Translations under genes and position numbers: made by a program
Shown: positions 1 to 7,972 of the stretch, piece by piece
Layout: each line of letters begins with the position of its first letter
Position numbering within the stretch: position 1 is the first letter of the stretch
Notes under the pieces: generated by a model
What the model was told of the DNA's origin: nothing
What the model saw: the letters and a program-made list of their open reading frames with translations, nothing else
The model's database searches: none
IMG/VR virus record: IMGVR_UViG_3300025821_000010
Reading direction: 5' to 3' (one strand)
Source of the DNA: an uncultured virus (IMG/VR IMGVR_UViG_3300025821_000010)
Taxonomy: Duplodnaviria > Heunggongvirae > Uroviricota > Caudoviricetes
Length of the DNA stretch: 20,000 bases

Positions 1-329
1 CTTCTAATGGCTCCTTTTATTCTTTTAGACAGGAAAGACTTTAATGTTTTTTCCTCGTCTTCTGAGTTTTCTATTGTTTCCCATATTATTTTGTCAACAG
101 CTTTGATCAGTCCCAAACTACCGTCCTGTATTAAATCTGTAATATCCATAACACCGGAAGCTTGTTGAGCTGTTGAAAACTTCCTTGCTATGTTTTCTAC
201 TAAAGGTAAAAACTTAATTATAAGCTCGTCTCTAGTGTACTCGTTAAATGGTTTTTCGCCGACACGTTCAATTGAAGACTTTACATCTTCTTTATATCGT
301 ACGTAGTTCTGAATGTTGTACTTTTTCAT
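1..329 (-). CDS. Phage-encoded sigma70-family RNA polymerase sigma factor (N-terminal part; runs off the left edge)
   Basis: Manual translation from ATG at 329: MKKYNIQNYVRYKEDVKSSIERVGEKPFNEYTRDELIIKFLPLVENIARKFSTAQQASGVMDITDLIQDGSLGLIKAVDKIIWE...LKSFLSKRIKGAIR. ELIIKFLPLVENIARKF, DLIQDGSLGLIKAVDK and SFLSKRIKGAIR match the sigma70 region 2 pattern. Not in the ORF track because it is truncated. Confidence 0.85.
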   Translation of the reverse strand, partial: MKKYNIQNYVRYKEDVKSSIERVGEKPFNEYTRDELIIKFLPLVENIARKFSTAQQASGVMDITDLIQDGSLGLIKAVDKIIWETIENSEDEEKTLKSFLSKRIKGAIR

Positions 330-945
330 ATCCGTTGTTTAATAGTTCCTTCTCTTTTTTGAGTTCATTGGTCATATTACGGTATATGGTTCTTGGTGTA
401 CAATTTAATTGTTCAGCTAAATTAGCTACTGTTATTTTATTCCCGCAGTCGTTTATGTATAGCATAACATCGTAGATGTCAGACTCGGTAATTCTTTTGC
501 TTCTACCTACGAGTTGTCCTACGATACTTAGTTTGTCTGACAATTCTAGTTTACAATTATAATTAAATATAACTTTACGGGTCTTATTAGATGGATCTTG
601 TTCTAGGTCACACATACTTATTTCGTATATGATTTTATTTAACAAGTCATCATTTATTGTAAATGTAACAAATCCATTTTTAATATTGCATATAAATTTA
701 GATAAATTTAAAAAATTATCAGGATCAAGTTTTGGGTTAAGATACCATAGAACTAATAAATGCCACTTTAAAGATTTGTAGGTGTTGATCTTAGCTTTAC
801 TTCTAAAAAGATCATAACACTCTCTGGTACCGTCTTCATAAAACCAACCCCAATCATATGTTGAAGTTGGCTTGTCTTTAACTGGCAACCTTCTGTAAAG
901 TATTCTGTTTCGATGTAAATAATCGAGACGACGTTCGTATGACAT
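292..945 (-). CDS. Putative DNA-binding protein with C-terminal helix-turn-helix (217 aa)
   Basis: ORF track. C-terminal KITVANLAEQLNCTPRTIYRNM is a typical HTH. Overlaps the sigma-factor start. Confidence 0.7.
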   Translation of the reverse strand: MSYERRLDYLHRNRILYRRLPVKDKPTSTYDWGWFYEDGTRECYDLFRSKAKINTYKSLKWHLLVLWYLNPKLDPDNFLNLSKFICNIKNGFVTFTINDDLLNKIIYEISMCDLEQDPSNKTRKVIFNYNCKLELSDKLSIVGQLVGRSKRITESDIYDVMLYINDCGNKITVANLAEQLNCTPRTIYRNMTNELKKEKELLNNGYEKVQHSELRTI

Positions 946-988
946 TAGCCTATTACCCCTTTATATTAACTACCTATTGTCACACTGT
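938..988. repeat. Inverted-arm element copy 1 (TATGACATTAG-25 nt core-CTATTGTCACACTGT); core reversed relative to copies 2 and 3
   Basis: Read directly from sequence. Arms are identical to those at 9878-9927. Overlaps the start codon of the HTH gene (945). Confidence 0.85.
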
Positions 989-1331
989 GACTGTTTATTA
1001 ATCTAATGGAAACATTATTCCATTTTCCATATTTTACTTTTTTGTTAACCAAAAAATCAATTTTTTTAGTCCAACGTTTATTCATGCGATCACGAATATA
1101 CCAAATGCCATTCATACGTCCAGCATTCTCTACGCAAATTGTTTTACCCATAGTAAAACCTATTTTTTCAAGATCTCTTGATACAGCTACTATTCTATGC
1201 TTTTTAGGGTTATCTAAATCAATAACAAAACCCGTTGCTGTTATGTTTGGTGTATCATCTGTTTGACCTGGCACCGCATTGTAAACAGTTGCTGTTACGC
1301 ATGCTACTATACTTACTATTAATGTTTTCAT
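966..1331 (-). CDS. 3D-domain (MltA/RlpA-like double-psi beta-barrel) cell-wall-associated protein
   Basis: TATVYNAVPGQTDDTPNITATG, IVAVSRDL and IRDRMNKRWTKKIDF follow the 3D-domain pattern. Hydrophobic N-terminus. Confidence 0.75.
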   Translation of the reverse strand: MKTLIVSIVACVTATVYNAVPGQTDDTPNITATGFVIDLDNPKKHRIVAVSRDLEKIGFTMGKTICVENAGRMNGIWYIRDRMNKRWTKKIDFLVNKKVKYGKWNNVSIRLINSHSVTIGS

Positions 1332-1609
1332 GATTTATTCTTTTCAATTAAACTAATAAGTTTTTCAATGTCTTCTTTACTGGTAAATTCAATATTATCG
1401 TAATCAAACATTTCTACACCCCAGCCATTTTTTTTAGCTTCTCCGTTATCACTAGATATTAAACATAATTCATTTGTAATATTATATGTGTAATAGTAAT
1501 AAGGTTTTAGATCTGAGTCTTTATGTTCTGGGTATAAATCAGTTACATATGATTTTTTAAACCCTAAATCTATTAAATCTTGTTCTTTCATATTGTTTTT
1601 TTTACTCAT
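1328..1609 (-). CDS. Hypothetical phage protein
   Basis: ORF track gives 1328..1612. First ATG is at 1609; 1591 is an alternative. Stop overlaps the next start (ATGA). Confidence 0.7.
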   Translation of the reverse strand: MSKKNNMKEQDLIDLGFKKSYVTDLYPEHKDSDLKPYYYYTYNITNELCLISSDNGEAKKNGWGVEMFDYDNIEFTSKEDIEKLISLIEKNKS

Positions 1610-1769
1610 CAAAAAATTCCTTTACTTGTTTTGTATTCCAAGATGCTGCTAAAGATATTTGCCTTAACAGGTCTACATACTCTGTAAAGTCTATATCTGA
1701 ATGGTCTACTTCTACTGAATACTTATATTCGTACTGTTCTATTGTTATTCTGTAAGGTTGTTTTTTCAT
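1602..1769 (-). CDS. Hypothetical protein, 55 aa (MKKQPYRITIEQYEYKYSVEVDHSDIDFTEYVDLLRQISLAASWNTKQVKEFFDE)
   Basis: Manual translation. Fills the gap and is ATGA-coupled to 1766..2032. Confidence 0.7.
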   Translation of the reverse strand: MKKQPYRITIEQYEYKYSVEVDHSDIDFTEYVDLLRQISLAASWNTKQVKEFFDE

Positions 1770-2032
1770 ATCTCTTTGGTGTTAAAGGTTTGGTCAAAAC
1801 ACTGTTCGTTATCGTAATAGTTTACCCAAAAATCTCTGTTTTGACCTATTGATTGAAACTCACACATAACTTCTTTTTCTTTCTCAAGCATTGATTCTGC
1901 TATTTCTAAATAAAATTGAGACATTCTAATAGCTATCAAGCCACCGTTAGAAGGGTGTGTATTATAGTGCAAAGTATCTTCTTTGAGTTTTTCTTTCATA
2001 AACTCAATCATTTCTTGCATTGGTGTTTTCAT
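1766..2032 (-). CDS. Hypothetical phage protein (88 aa)
   Basis: ORF track; translationally coupled on both sides. Confidence 0.7.
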   Translation of the reverse strand: MKTPMQEMIEFMKEKLKEDTLHYNTHPSNGGLIAIRMSQFYLEIAESMLEKEKEVMCEFQSIGQNRDFWVNYYDNEQCFDQTFNTKEI

Positions 2033-2172
2033 AAAAATTCTATTATAACATTTTTGTTATAGTCTTTTAATATTCTTTCAACTGCCGCATCTTGCACGTG
2101 ATCAGCAACAACACCATTAATTAAGTAATCGTGGGTATCGCTGCCGTCAATTATACGCATTGTGTATAGCAT
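2029..2172 (-). CDS. Hypothetical protein, 47 aa (MLYTMRIIDGSDTHDYLINGVVADHVQDAAVERILKDYNKNVIIEFL)
   Basis: Manual translation. Starts just after the upstream stop and overlaps the downstream start (ATGA). Confidence 0.6.
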   Translation of the reverse strand: MLYTMRIIDGSDTHDYLINGVVADHVQDAAVERILKDYNKNVIIEFL

Positions 2173-2174
2173 AA

Positions 2175-2465
2175 TTACTTTTTAAGATCATTAAGCTTTT
2201 TAACAACTTTGTTTATCTTGTTGTTTAATATAGCTGCTTTACTATAGTCTTCGTTTTGCTCATAGCGTAACAATAGCTCGTTAAGTCTTTTAAGTTCTAT
2301 TTCTAACAACTCTTGTTCAGATATAATATATTGACCACTAACTTCCGCGTCATCACCTAACGTTTCTTGCATGTTGTCAATAAACTGTTTATCAAACTCT
2401 TCTTGACGAGCATATATTTTGTCTACTATAATGTCAGCTAATTGGTTCATTTCTTGTTCAGTCAT
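2175..2465 (-). CDS. Hypothetical protein with C-terminal UVR-like coiled-coil motif
   Basis: ORF track. LNELLLRYEQNEDYSKAAILNNKI resembles the UvrB/C (UVR) motif. Confidence 0.65.
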   Translation of the reverse strand: MTEQEMNQLADIIVDKIYARQEEFDKQFIDNMQETLGDDAEVSGQYIISEQELLEIELKRLNELLLRYEQNEDYSKAAILNNKINKVVKKLNDLKK

Positions 2466-2688
2466 TTTGTTTAAGATCTTTTTTAATTAATGCGTATATA
2501 TATTTCCAAACTTTTGCGTCGTGTTCCTGATGTTGTAATACCATTTGTAACTGTTCTTTAGTTACACCAGCCCAACGCTTTTGTTTTATGTCATCAACAG
2601 TATTATTAATATCTATATCGGACATAATAACTTTAGCATTAGCTTTATCTAACGCGCGTTGTTTGGTATCAAAATCAGTTTCTATCAT
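2458..2688 (-). CDS. Hypothetical phage protein (76 aa)
   Basis: ORF track; overlaps both neighbours. Confidence 0.7.
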   Translation of the reverse strand: MIETDFDTKQRALDKANAKVIMSDIDINNTVDDIKQKRWAGVTKEQLQMVLQHQEHDAKVWKYIYALIKKDLKQND

Positions 2689-2915
2689 TATTTAATTTTT
2701 TTGTAGGAAAATAATCTAATTACATTCCTATTTAAGTATGCACCTTTTGATACTGCTGATCTTAAACCTTCAAACGTTCCTGAATCAACATCTGAATATA
2801 CATATTTAGATCCTGAGTTGAATTTAACTAATAATGTTTTTTTCATTGGTGTGTATGTAACTGAGTCTACCATACTTGAATACACATCGATCTTTTCTTT
2901 TAAAATTCTTTCCAT
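2688..2915 (-). CDS. KTSC domain protein
   Basis: SSMVDSVTY...LLVKFNSGSKYVYSDV...LRSAVSKGAYLNRNV is the KTSC signature. First gene after promoter motif P1. Confidence 0.85.
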   Translation of the reverse strand: MERILKEKIDVYSSMVDSVTYTPMKKTLLVKFNSGSKYVYSDVDSGTFEGLRSAVSKGAYLNRNVIRLFSYKKIK

Positions 2916-2937
2916 TGTTAATTGTTTTAATTGTTAT

Positions 2938-2975
2938 ATAATTATTATCTAGCTTGCCGCGTATTGTTTTTGTAA
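2938..2975 (-). promoter_or_regulatory. Conserved promoter-like motif P1
   Basis: Minus strand TTACAAAAAC AATACG CGGCAAGCTA GATAATAATTAT, about 20 nt upstream of the KTSC ATG. Confidence 0.75.
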
Positions 2976-3422
2976 TTCATATCTTTTATTTTCTTCAGTG
3001 TTTTTAGATATGTGTTTTTCACTTATGTCTGCTTTCTTTTGCTCGAGTACAGCTATAGTGTTTTTTAATTCTAATATCCTATCGTTTATCTCGTTAATAG
3101 TTTTAACCTCTTGAACCTCAGATATATATATATTCTCTACTTTCCTGTACAACTCTTCTATATCTCTTTCGTATGGCAATTCATTTTCAAAGTTTTTAAT
3201 ACTATGTAAAACAGTTGCATGATCTTGACCCATACTTTTAGCTATTGCAGAACAACCAGCTGTAGAGTAATCCATTGATAGTTTATAGTAAACCCAACGC
3301 AACATTTTGTATTCACGTTTGCGTGTATTTACTTTGTATGAATACTCACCAGCTTCGTCTAATATTTTATAGTAAAAGTAGTTTAGTATTTTTTTATTTG
3401 ATGGTGTAATTCTTGGTGTCAT
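2949..3422 (-). CDS. DnaA domain IV-like (Bac_DnaA_C-type HTH) DNA-binding protein with C-terminal coiled coil
   Basis: TRKREYKMLRWVYYKL...SAIAKSMGQDHATVLHSIK matches the DnaA C-terminal signature (R.R...R...YL...IG..FG.RDHTTV.HA). No AAA+ domain, so it is not a true DnaA. Confidence 0.75.
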   Translation of the reverse strand: MTPRITPSNKKILNYFYYKILDEAGEYSYKVNTRKREYKMLRWVYYKLSMDYSTAGCSAIAKSMGQDHATVLHSIKNFENELPYERDIEELYRKVENIYISEVQEVKTINEINDRILELKNTIAVLEQKKADISEKHISKNTEENKRYELQKQYAAS

Positions 3423-3432
3423 ATGTTTATAT

Positions 3433-3693
3433 TTAATCTAGTAATACCATGTAAGCTTCTGCGTTTGAATGCCTAAACCAATCAAGGCCTTTTCTAAACT
3501 CTGAGTCTATCATTCTATTGGATTGACCTCGTTCTATTAACCATTGAGCACCCATTATAAAATCATACATAGATAACTCATTGTTATTTAACTCTGCTTC
3601 TGCTCCTGTAAAAGGATTTTTAACCGTATCGCCGCTAGCGTATACTTTACCTTCGAACCATTTTGGTAAACCCATTTTTTCTTTTGTTTTCAT
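3433..3693 (-). CDS. Hypothetical phage protein (86 aa)
   Basis: ORF track; within the tightly packed operon. Confidence 0.75.
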   Translation of the reverse strand: MKTKEKMGLPKWFEGKVYASGDTVKNPFTGAEAELNNNELSMYDFIMGAQWLIERGQSNRMIDSEFRKGLDWFRHSNAEAYMVLLD

Positions 3694-3884
3694 AATTTCT
3701 TTTCATTTAATAGTTTAAAATGTTTATATACTTCAGGTATATGCTTTTTGTAGTAAGGTTGTGAACTTTTAATCTCGTCTTTTAATTTTTCAGGATCATC
3801 AATGCGTGGCCAGTTTTGAAAATCTACCTCTACTTCATTAATAAAATCTTGTACTGTCCAGCCTTCCCATACGTGTCTATTCAT
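3690..3884 (-). CDS. Hypothetical phage protein (64 aa)
   Basis: ORF track; ATGA coupling. Confidence 0.7.
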   Translation of the reverse strand: MNRHVWEGWTVQDFINEVEVDFQNWPRIDDPEKLKDEIKSSQPYYKKHIPEVYKHFKLLNEKKL

Positions 3885-3886
3885 AA

Positions 3887-4234
3887 TTAAAATTTGTGTG
3901 ACATTTTATTATTTACATACCATTCATTCCATAAGTATTCCCAACGATCGCTATCCTCTCCAAGATCACATTCGTCTAATATATATTCATCAACATAGAT
4001 GAAAGACCCTAAGTTTATAGCAGATTCAATTTCTGGCTGCAAGTAATGAGCTTGAGTGTATATATCTCTATCAGGTATAACACTTTTCCAGTCAGCTTGG
4101 TCTAAAGCAACATATATATCATGACCATCTGCTGTCATTATTGATTCAAAAGATACATCATATCCAACACCACCGTGTTCAGTGTCAAGTGTTGATCCTG
4201 ACTTTTCAAGTACTAAGTTTTTGTAATGTGACAT
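3887..4234 (-). CDS. Acidic hypothetical protein (115 aa)
   Basis: ORF track; D/E-rich. Confidence 0.7.
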   Translation of the reverse strand: MSHYKNLVLEKSGSTLDTEHGGVGYDVSFESIMTADGHDIYVALDQADWKSVIPDRDIYTQAHYLQPEIESAINLGSFIYVDEYILDECDLGEDSDRWEYLWNEWYVNNKMSHKF

Positions 4235-4237
4235 AAT

Positions 4238-4336
4238 TTAAAATATTAAGTTAAAAATTGATTTAAATACTACAAGCACAAGCAATATTACATTGAATAT
4301 TATCCATGCCATTATTATTTTTTCTATAGGCCTCAT
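4238..4336 (-). CDS. Small predicted membrane protein, 32 aa (MRPIEKIIMAWIIFNVILLVLVVFKSIFNLIF)
   Basis: Manual translation. Fits exactly between neighbours and has one hydrophobic helix. Confidence 0.55.
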   Translation of the reverse strand: MRPIEKIIMAWIIFNVILLVLVVFKSIFNLIF

Positions 4337-4337
4337 A

Positions 4338-4943
4338 TTAATGATATATTAGTCCGACTTTGTTAGTTTTGTTAAACCATCTGGTTGCATATAGATCATT
4401 CTCTGACGCATTAGCATAACCAGCAGCAACTAATTCATCTGCAGTTTTAAATATCTCTGTATGACGATCTATTGACTTGTCTATAAGATCTACTTGTTTG
4501 CCTGAGTTACTGAATATAAAGTCATAATTGCTAGGTACATCAGCTTTTTTAACCATATCGATCATGTTGGTATAACTATAGAAATTTACATGTGGATTTT
4601 GCTTTGCAATTTGAAACCACTTAGCTAAATACTCACGTGAATAATAGTCGCCGCTATCGTGTACTCGCACAAACTTAGGCTTTTTGCTCTGTATCTCGGC
4701 GTGTATAGCACTTACAAAGCTATCTGTCTTGCTAAGCTCGTAACGTTTTTCGAACGCTGGCTTTACATTACCCCATATATACGCGCCTTTACGTGCATAA
4801 CAGAACTTAATACAACCATCTGCCATAGGGCAAATGACTCTACCTGTTATACTTTTGTAAGCTGGTAAGCCAAAGTTGACAACTTTAAAGCCCATTAGCT
4901 TACTAGTCTTTTTTAATTTACCGTTTTGTGTTAACAACTGCAT
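4338..4943 (-). CDS. Phage gp88-like protein (Cys-cluster, radical-SAM-like)
   Basis: FGLPA...CPMADGCIKFCYARKG and VRVHDSGDYYS...YSYT are characteristic of the GP88 family. Confidence 0.75.
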   Translation of the reverse strand: MQLLTQNGKLKKTSKLMGFKVVNFGLPAYKSITGRVICPMADGCIKFCYARKGAYIWGNVKPAFEKRYELSKTDSFVSAIHAEIQSKKPKFVRVHDSGDYYSREYLAKWFQIAKQNPHVNFYSYTNMIDMVKKADVPSNYDFIFSNSGKQVDLIDKSIDRHTEIFKTADELVAAGYANASENDLYATRWFNKTNKVGLIYH

Positions 4944-5263
4944 AATACTTCTTGTAATTTATCTGTTATAGCAAATATAAATTCCGCTGGCTCTGTTTTA
5001 CCGCCAATACTCCACGTCGTTAGATCGTTTTTAGTATAGTTTTCGCTGTATGTTTTCCAATCATATAATGTATATATGTTGTCTTTAAATTTAAACACCC
5101 ATTCGAATTGAACTTTGCCATCGCCTGAATCATCTGGTGAATAAGTTGGGCTACCAAACGCAAGTATTAAATCATTGTAGTAATAGCCGTGTAATGAACC
5201 TATTTTATGAGTGCCATGTGTTGCTGATTTCCAGTCAGCTTCGTGTTTAGTTAGTTTTTTCAT
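4931..5263 (-). CDS. Conserved hypothetical phage protein (110 aa)
   Basis: ORF track; FGSP...DGKVQFEW...YTLYDWK...WSIGG pattern. Confidence 0.75.
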   Translation of the reverse strand: MKKLTKHEADWKSATHGTHKIGSLHGYYYNDLILAFGSPTYSPDDSGDGKVQFEWVFKFKDNIYTLYDWKTYSENYTKNDLTTWSIGGKTEPAEFIFAITDKLQEVLCSC

Positions 5264-5264
5264 G

Positions 5265-5453
5265 TTACCAAGTTTTAGTTAAATATGTGTTATAGTATTG
5301 CTTTAATGTTTTATTAAATAAATCCATAGCTGCATTATCTGTTTCTTTGATTAAATCTTTATCGTAAAGCATTTCTAATAATTGCTCGCTGACAAAGTCG
5401 CATGTTAGCTCATAAAGATCGCTAGATAATTCTTGATACATTTGCTTGTTCAT
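5265..5453 (-). CDS. Hypothetical protein (62 aa)
   Basis: ORF track; first gene after P2. Confidence 0.7.
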   Translation of the reverse strand: MNKQMYQELSSDLYELTCDFVSEQLLEMLYDKDLIKETDNAAMDLFNKTLKQYYNTYLTKTW

Positions 5454-5477
5454 GGTTATAATTTTTATTTGTTATAC

Positions 5478-5515
5478 ATATATATTATCGTAAGTGCTAC
5501 GTATTATTTTTGCAA
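5478..5515 (-). promoter_or_regulatory. Conserved promoter-like motif P2
   Basis: TTGCAAAAAT AATACG TAGCACTTAC GATAATATATAT on the minus strand. Confidence 0.8.
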
Positions 5516-5727
5516 TACTTTTCTTCGTAAGCTAATAAGTATTCAATTTGTTCTTTAATATCTTTGAACTTTCTTTTTACCTGATAGATCAATGGACCTT
5601 GGTGGTATGGGTTATCTTGATTGGTTTTAAAGCGTACGTACTTGGTTTTAGGGTAGATACCTGCCCATTTACCGTTTGATAGTGTTACGTATATATTACC
5701 TTTTTTAGTTACTTTAGTGATTTCCAT
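5497..5727 (-). CDS. Basic hypothetical protein (76 aa)
   Basis: ORF track. Confidence 0.7.
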   Translation of the reverse strand: MEITKVTKKGNIYVTLSNGKWAGIYPKTKYVRFKTNQDNPYHQGPLIYQVKRKFKDIKEQIEYLLAYEEKYCKNNT

Positions 5728-5729
5728 AA

Positions 5730-5885
5730 TTATTTTATCTTGTTTTTGCGTGTGTATAGCACTTGTAATAGATCTGAAGCTTTATACATATCTAACTTTT
5801 CGTTAGTATCTCGCTTATGATCTACTAATAAATGCAAGCCATCTATTAATGAGTCTAGTTGTTCTGAGTTAAAAAATAAGTTCAT
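5730..5885 (-). CDS. Hypothetical protein, 51 aa (MNLFFNSEQLDSLIDGLHLLVDHK...)
   Basis: C-terminal part of ORF-track 5730..5963. ATG 5885 is preferred because the upstream part is occupied by the Cys-rich ORF. Confidence 0.6.
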   Translation of the reverse strand: MNLFFNSEQLDSLIDGLHLLVDHKRDTNEKLDMYKASDLLQVLYTRKNKIK

Positions 5886-5979
5886 CTTCGTTTTCGTTAT
5901 AAAATTCAGCGTGTTCTTTGCAGTCGGAGCAAATATCCGTTTCAAACCATGGCGATGCGCCACAACAGTTACTTTCCAT
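5869..5979 (-). CDS. Small Cys-rich zinc-ribbon-like protein, 36 aa (MESNCCGASPWFETDICSDCKEHAEFYNENEDELIF)
   Basis: Manual translation. CCG...CxxCxxH; starts 2 nt after the upstream stop. Confidence 0.7.
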   Translation of the reverse strand: MESNCCGASPWFETDICSDCKEHAEFYNENEDELIF

Positions 5980-5981
5980 AA

Positions 5982-6287
5982 TTAATCTTTTAAATATCCA
6001 CGTAATTCTTTATCTTCTATTTGTAATAAGAAATCCCATAATAGATTGTGGAAATCTTCCATGTCATCCCACTCGCAATTATCGTGGACAAAATTCCATT
6101 TATCAGCTAATGGTACGCCTACGTGATCTTTAACAGTGTCTGGATCAAAGTAAAACCTATATTTTAGTTTTGCTATTATATCTTTAATAACAGGATTAGT
6201 ATCATTTGGAAACATAGTAACATGTTTTATTAGATACTTGGTTAATACTGTGTGCTCTTCGTTGTTTAAATAAATTTCTTTAGACAT
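5982..6287 (-). CDS. Hypothetical protein (101 aa)
   Basis: ORF track; first gene after P3; leader AAATAATATAACT-ATG. Confidence 0.75.
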   Translation of the reverse strand: MSKEIYLNNEEHTVLTKYLIKHVTMFPNDTNPVIKDIIAKLKYRFYFDPDTVKDHVGVPLADKWNFVHDNCEWDDMEDFHNLLWDFLLQIEDKELRGYLKD

Positions 6288-6310
6288 AGTTATATTATTT
6301 TAATTATTAT

Positions 6311-6348
6311 ATATATATTATCTGAGGTGCTACGTATTATTATTGTAA
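6311..6348 (-). promoter_or_regulatory. Conserved promoter-like motif P3
   Basis: TTACAATAAT AATACG TAGCACCTCA GATAATATATAT. Confidence 0.8.
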
Positions 6349-6465
6349 ATTTGCTAATATAAACTCTGTTAGTAAATATGCGCAGCCAAGTATTCCGCTG
6401 AGCGCAGCTGTATATAGTACGCATAGCCACGTGTATAGCATAGCGTTAGTTATTTTATTCTTCAT
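6340..6465 (-). CDS. Small predicted membrane protein, 41 aa (MKNKITNAMLYTWLCVLYTAALSGILGCAYLLTEFILANLQ)
   Basis: Manual translation; hydrophobic core. Confidence 0.5.
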   Translation of the reverse strand: MKNKITNAMLYTWLCVLYTAALSGILGCAYLLTEFILANLQ

Positions 6466-6619
6466 CTTGTATTTCTTTTATTATTTCTGTTAATTCTTCT
6501 AAGTTATTTAAATGGTAGTGTGAGTGGTATTCATCACCTACTTTTATAGTAGTATCTATTAAATCATTATACTCTGATCCAGTGAACCAGATTTCTATGT
6601 TTATTTTTTTAGCTAACAT
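6455..6619 (-). CDS. Acidic hypothetical protein, 54 aa (MLAKKINIEIWFTGSEYNDLIDTTIKVGDEYHSHYHLNNLEELTEIIKEIQDEE)
   Basis: Manual translation; overlaps both neighbours. Confidence 0.6.
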   Translation of the reverse strand: MLAKKINIEIWFTGSEYNDLIDTTIKVGDEYHSHYHLNNLEELTEIIKEIQDEE

Positions 6620-6882
6620 GACGCCCAACCTATAAAGTGATATTTATCTTGTGTTTCAAAGTATACACACTCTCGTTTACGTAGTTCGTCTAACGCTGCA
6701 TCATAGTGGTCGTCGCTTTCGGGCTCTTTTATTTCGCCTAATAAACTGCATGTAGCTATAGTGCCTGAGTAAGGATCGTGGCCATGCTCATATAGTGCAT
6801 CTTCTACTAGTTCTCTAAACGCTTGCTTTGCGCTTTCGTAATTCTTTTTTGGTACTGATTGGTGAAAGGATGTTGCTCCCAT
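6613..6882 (-). CDS. Conserved hypothetical phage protein (89 aa)
   Basis: ORF track; MGA.SF...A.YEHGHDPYSGTIAT...FIGWASC pattern. Confidence 0.75.
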   Translation of the reverse strand: MGATSFHQSVPKKNYESAKQAFRELVEDALYEHGHDPYSGTIATCSLLGEIKEPESDDHYDAALDELRKRECVYFETQDKYHFIGWASC

Positions 6883-6884
6883 AG

Positions 6885-7082
6885 TTAAGATATATTAAAT
6901 GTTAGTGGAAATTTACTAGCTATTAACTTTGCTAATGGCAAGTCTTTATTAGCACCATCGCATATTAGCTTACATAAGTTTTCTTGTTTCTCGAATAATT
7001 CTTCTTGCCATATCATATCGCTTAAGAAAAAATCTTCTCCTAAAATCTCGCAGAATTTAGTTACAAATTGAGCGTGTGTCAT
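6885..7082 (-). CDS. Hypothetical protein (65 aa)
   Basis: ORF track; leader AAATAATATAACT-ATG. Confidence 0.7.
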   Translation of the reverse strand: MTHAQFVTKFCEILGEDFFLSDMIWQEELFEKQENLCKLICDGANKDLPLAKLIASKFPLTFNIS

Positions 7083-7101
7083 AGTTATATTATTTTAAGT
7101 G

Positions 7102-7263
7102 TTAGAAGTAATCTTGTCTAATAAAGTTATTAATTATATCGTGTACTTTAATTTGATTAGTTAAAGGTAGTGAGTTAAACTCTTCGTCGTGTTTCCAATT
7201 CTTTAAGTCGCTTTTGTCTTGCCACCTATTATAGATCTTGTGTGCGATTTCTTGATTAGTCAT
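7102..7263 (-). CDS. Hypothetical protein, 53 aa (MTNQEIAHKIYNRWQDKSDLKNWKHDEEFNSLPLTNQIKVHDIINNFIRQDYF)
   Basis: Manual translation; same AAATAATATAACT-ATG leader. Confidence 0.7.
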   Translation of the reverse strand: MTNQEIAHKIYNRWQDKSDLKNWKHDEEFNSLPLTNQIKVHDIINNFIRQDYF

Positions 7264-7270
7264 AGTTATA

Positions 7271-7447
7271 TTATTTATAGTTATTATTTAGTGATCCGTT
7301 ATAAAATTCTTCTTCAAGTATATTAACTATTGCTTCCATAGCTAATGATGCTTCGTATGGCGTAGCATATGGTGTATTCTCATACGCTATAGCTACTTTA
7401 CCTATAGATTCTATTATTTGCTCGTTACTCATAGGATATTGCCTCAT
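7271..7447 (-). CDS. Hypothetical protein, 58 aa (MRQYPMSNEQIIESIGKVAIAYENTPY...)
   Basis: Manual translation; ATGA coupling to the upstream ORF. Confidence 0.6.
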   Translation of the reverse strand: MRQYPMSNEQIIESIGKVAIAYENTPYATPYEASLAMEAIVNILEEEFYNGSLNNNYK

Positions 7448-7605
7448 AGCTTTTTTATTTTATTAGATAAAGTGTATGCGTTTAGTGTTTGCTCTATAGT
7501 ATTTATAGTTTCTAACATGCTTGCATTATTATCTTCTGCTTTATATAATATATAGCGTATATCACTGATTAATTGCTCAGTTTCGGTGAGATTTTTAGTG
7601 GACAT
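7444..7605 (-). CDS. Hypothetical protein, 53 aa (MSTKNLTETEQLISDIRYILYKAEDNNASML...)
   Basis: Manual translation; TAACT-ATG leader. Confidence 0.6.
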   Translation of the reverse strand: MSTKNLTETEQLISDIRYILYKAEDNNASMLETINTIEQTLNAYTLSNKIKKL

Positions 7606-7607
7606 AG

Positions 7608-7811
7608 TTATTTAATATATGTTAGTGATAATAAACTAGCGGATATAAAGGTTAAGCCATTGTAGTTAAACCACTCGCGCACTGCAGAATCTTTTGCTAC
7701 TTCGGCGAAATTTTTAGGCAAACTAGATACGGTGAAGCCTATATAACGCTTACGATTTGAGCGTATTAGAGGTAATTTAGAAATTTTGGTAGTTTTAATA
7801 GTTAAAGACAT
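7608..7811 (-). CDS. Basic hypothetical protein (67 aa)
   Basis: ORF track; first gene after P4. Confidence 0.7.
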   Translation of the reverse strand: MSLTIKTTKISKLPLIRSNRKRYIGFTVSSLPKNFAEVAKDSAVREWFNYNGLTFISASLLSLTYIK

Positions 7812-7843
7812 AGTTATATATTTTAAGTTATTAATTAATGTAT

Positions 7844-7881
7844 ATTTATATTATCAACACTACAACGTATTATTATTGTAA
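7844..7881 (-). promoter_or_regulatory. Conserved promoter-like motif P4
   Basis: TTACAATAAT AATACG TTGTAGTGTT GATAATATAAAT. Confidence 0.8.
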
Positions 7882-7972
7882 CGAAGGTGGTTTATTATTT
7901 ATTAGTTGAAAAGAGTAGAGGGATATTATACTCTGTCTCTCCATACAAGAATATAATTCTCCCCGCAGAAAA

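Noticed and set aside
2949..3422. True dnaA gene, implying a bacterial chromosome origin
   Set aside because: Only 157 aa, no AAA+ Walker motifs, and the context is wholly phage-like.
5886..5963. N-terminal extension of ORF 5730..5963
   Set aside because: Non-ATG start overlapping a more convincing Cys-rich ORF (5869..5979); ATG 5885 chosen instead.
248..6133. Plus-strand ORF-track calls 248..475, 1006..1266, 4659..4868 and 5918..6133
   Set aside because: Antisense shadows of better-supported minus-strand genes, with no recognisable motifs.
7575..7590. GCTCAGTTTCGGTGAG as a fifth boundary element
   Set aside because: Shorter spacer, lacks the final GT, lies inside an ORF and is not next to a promoter motif.
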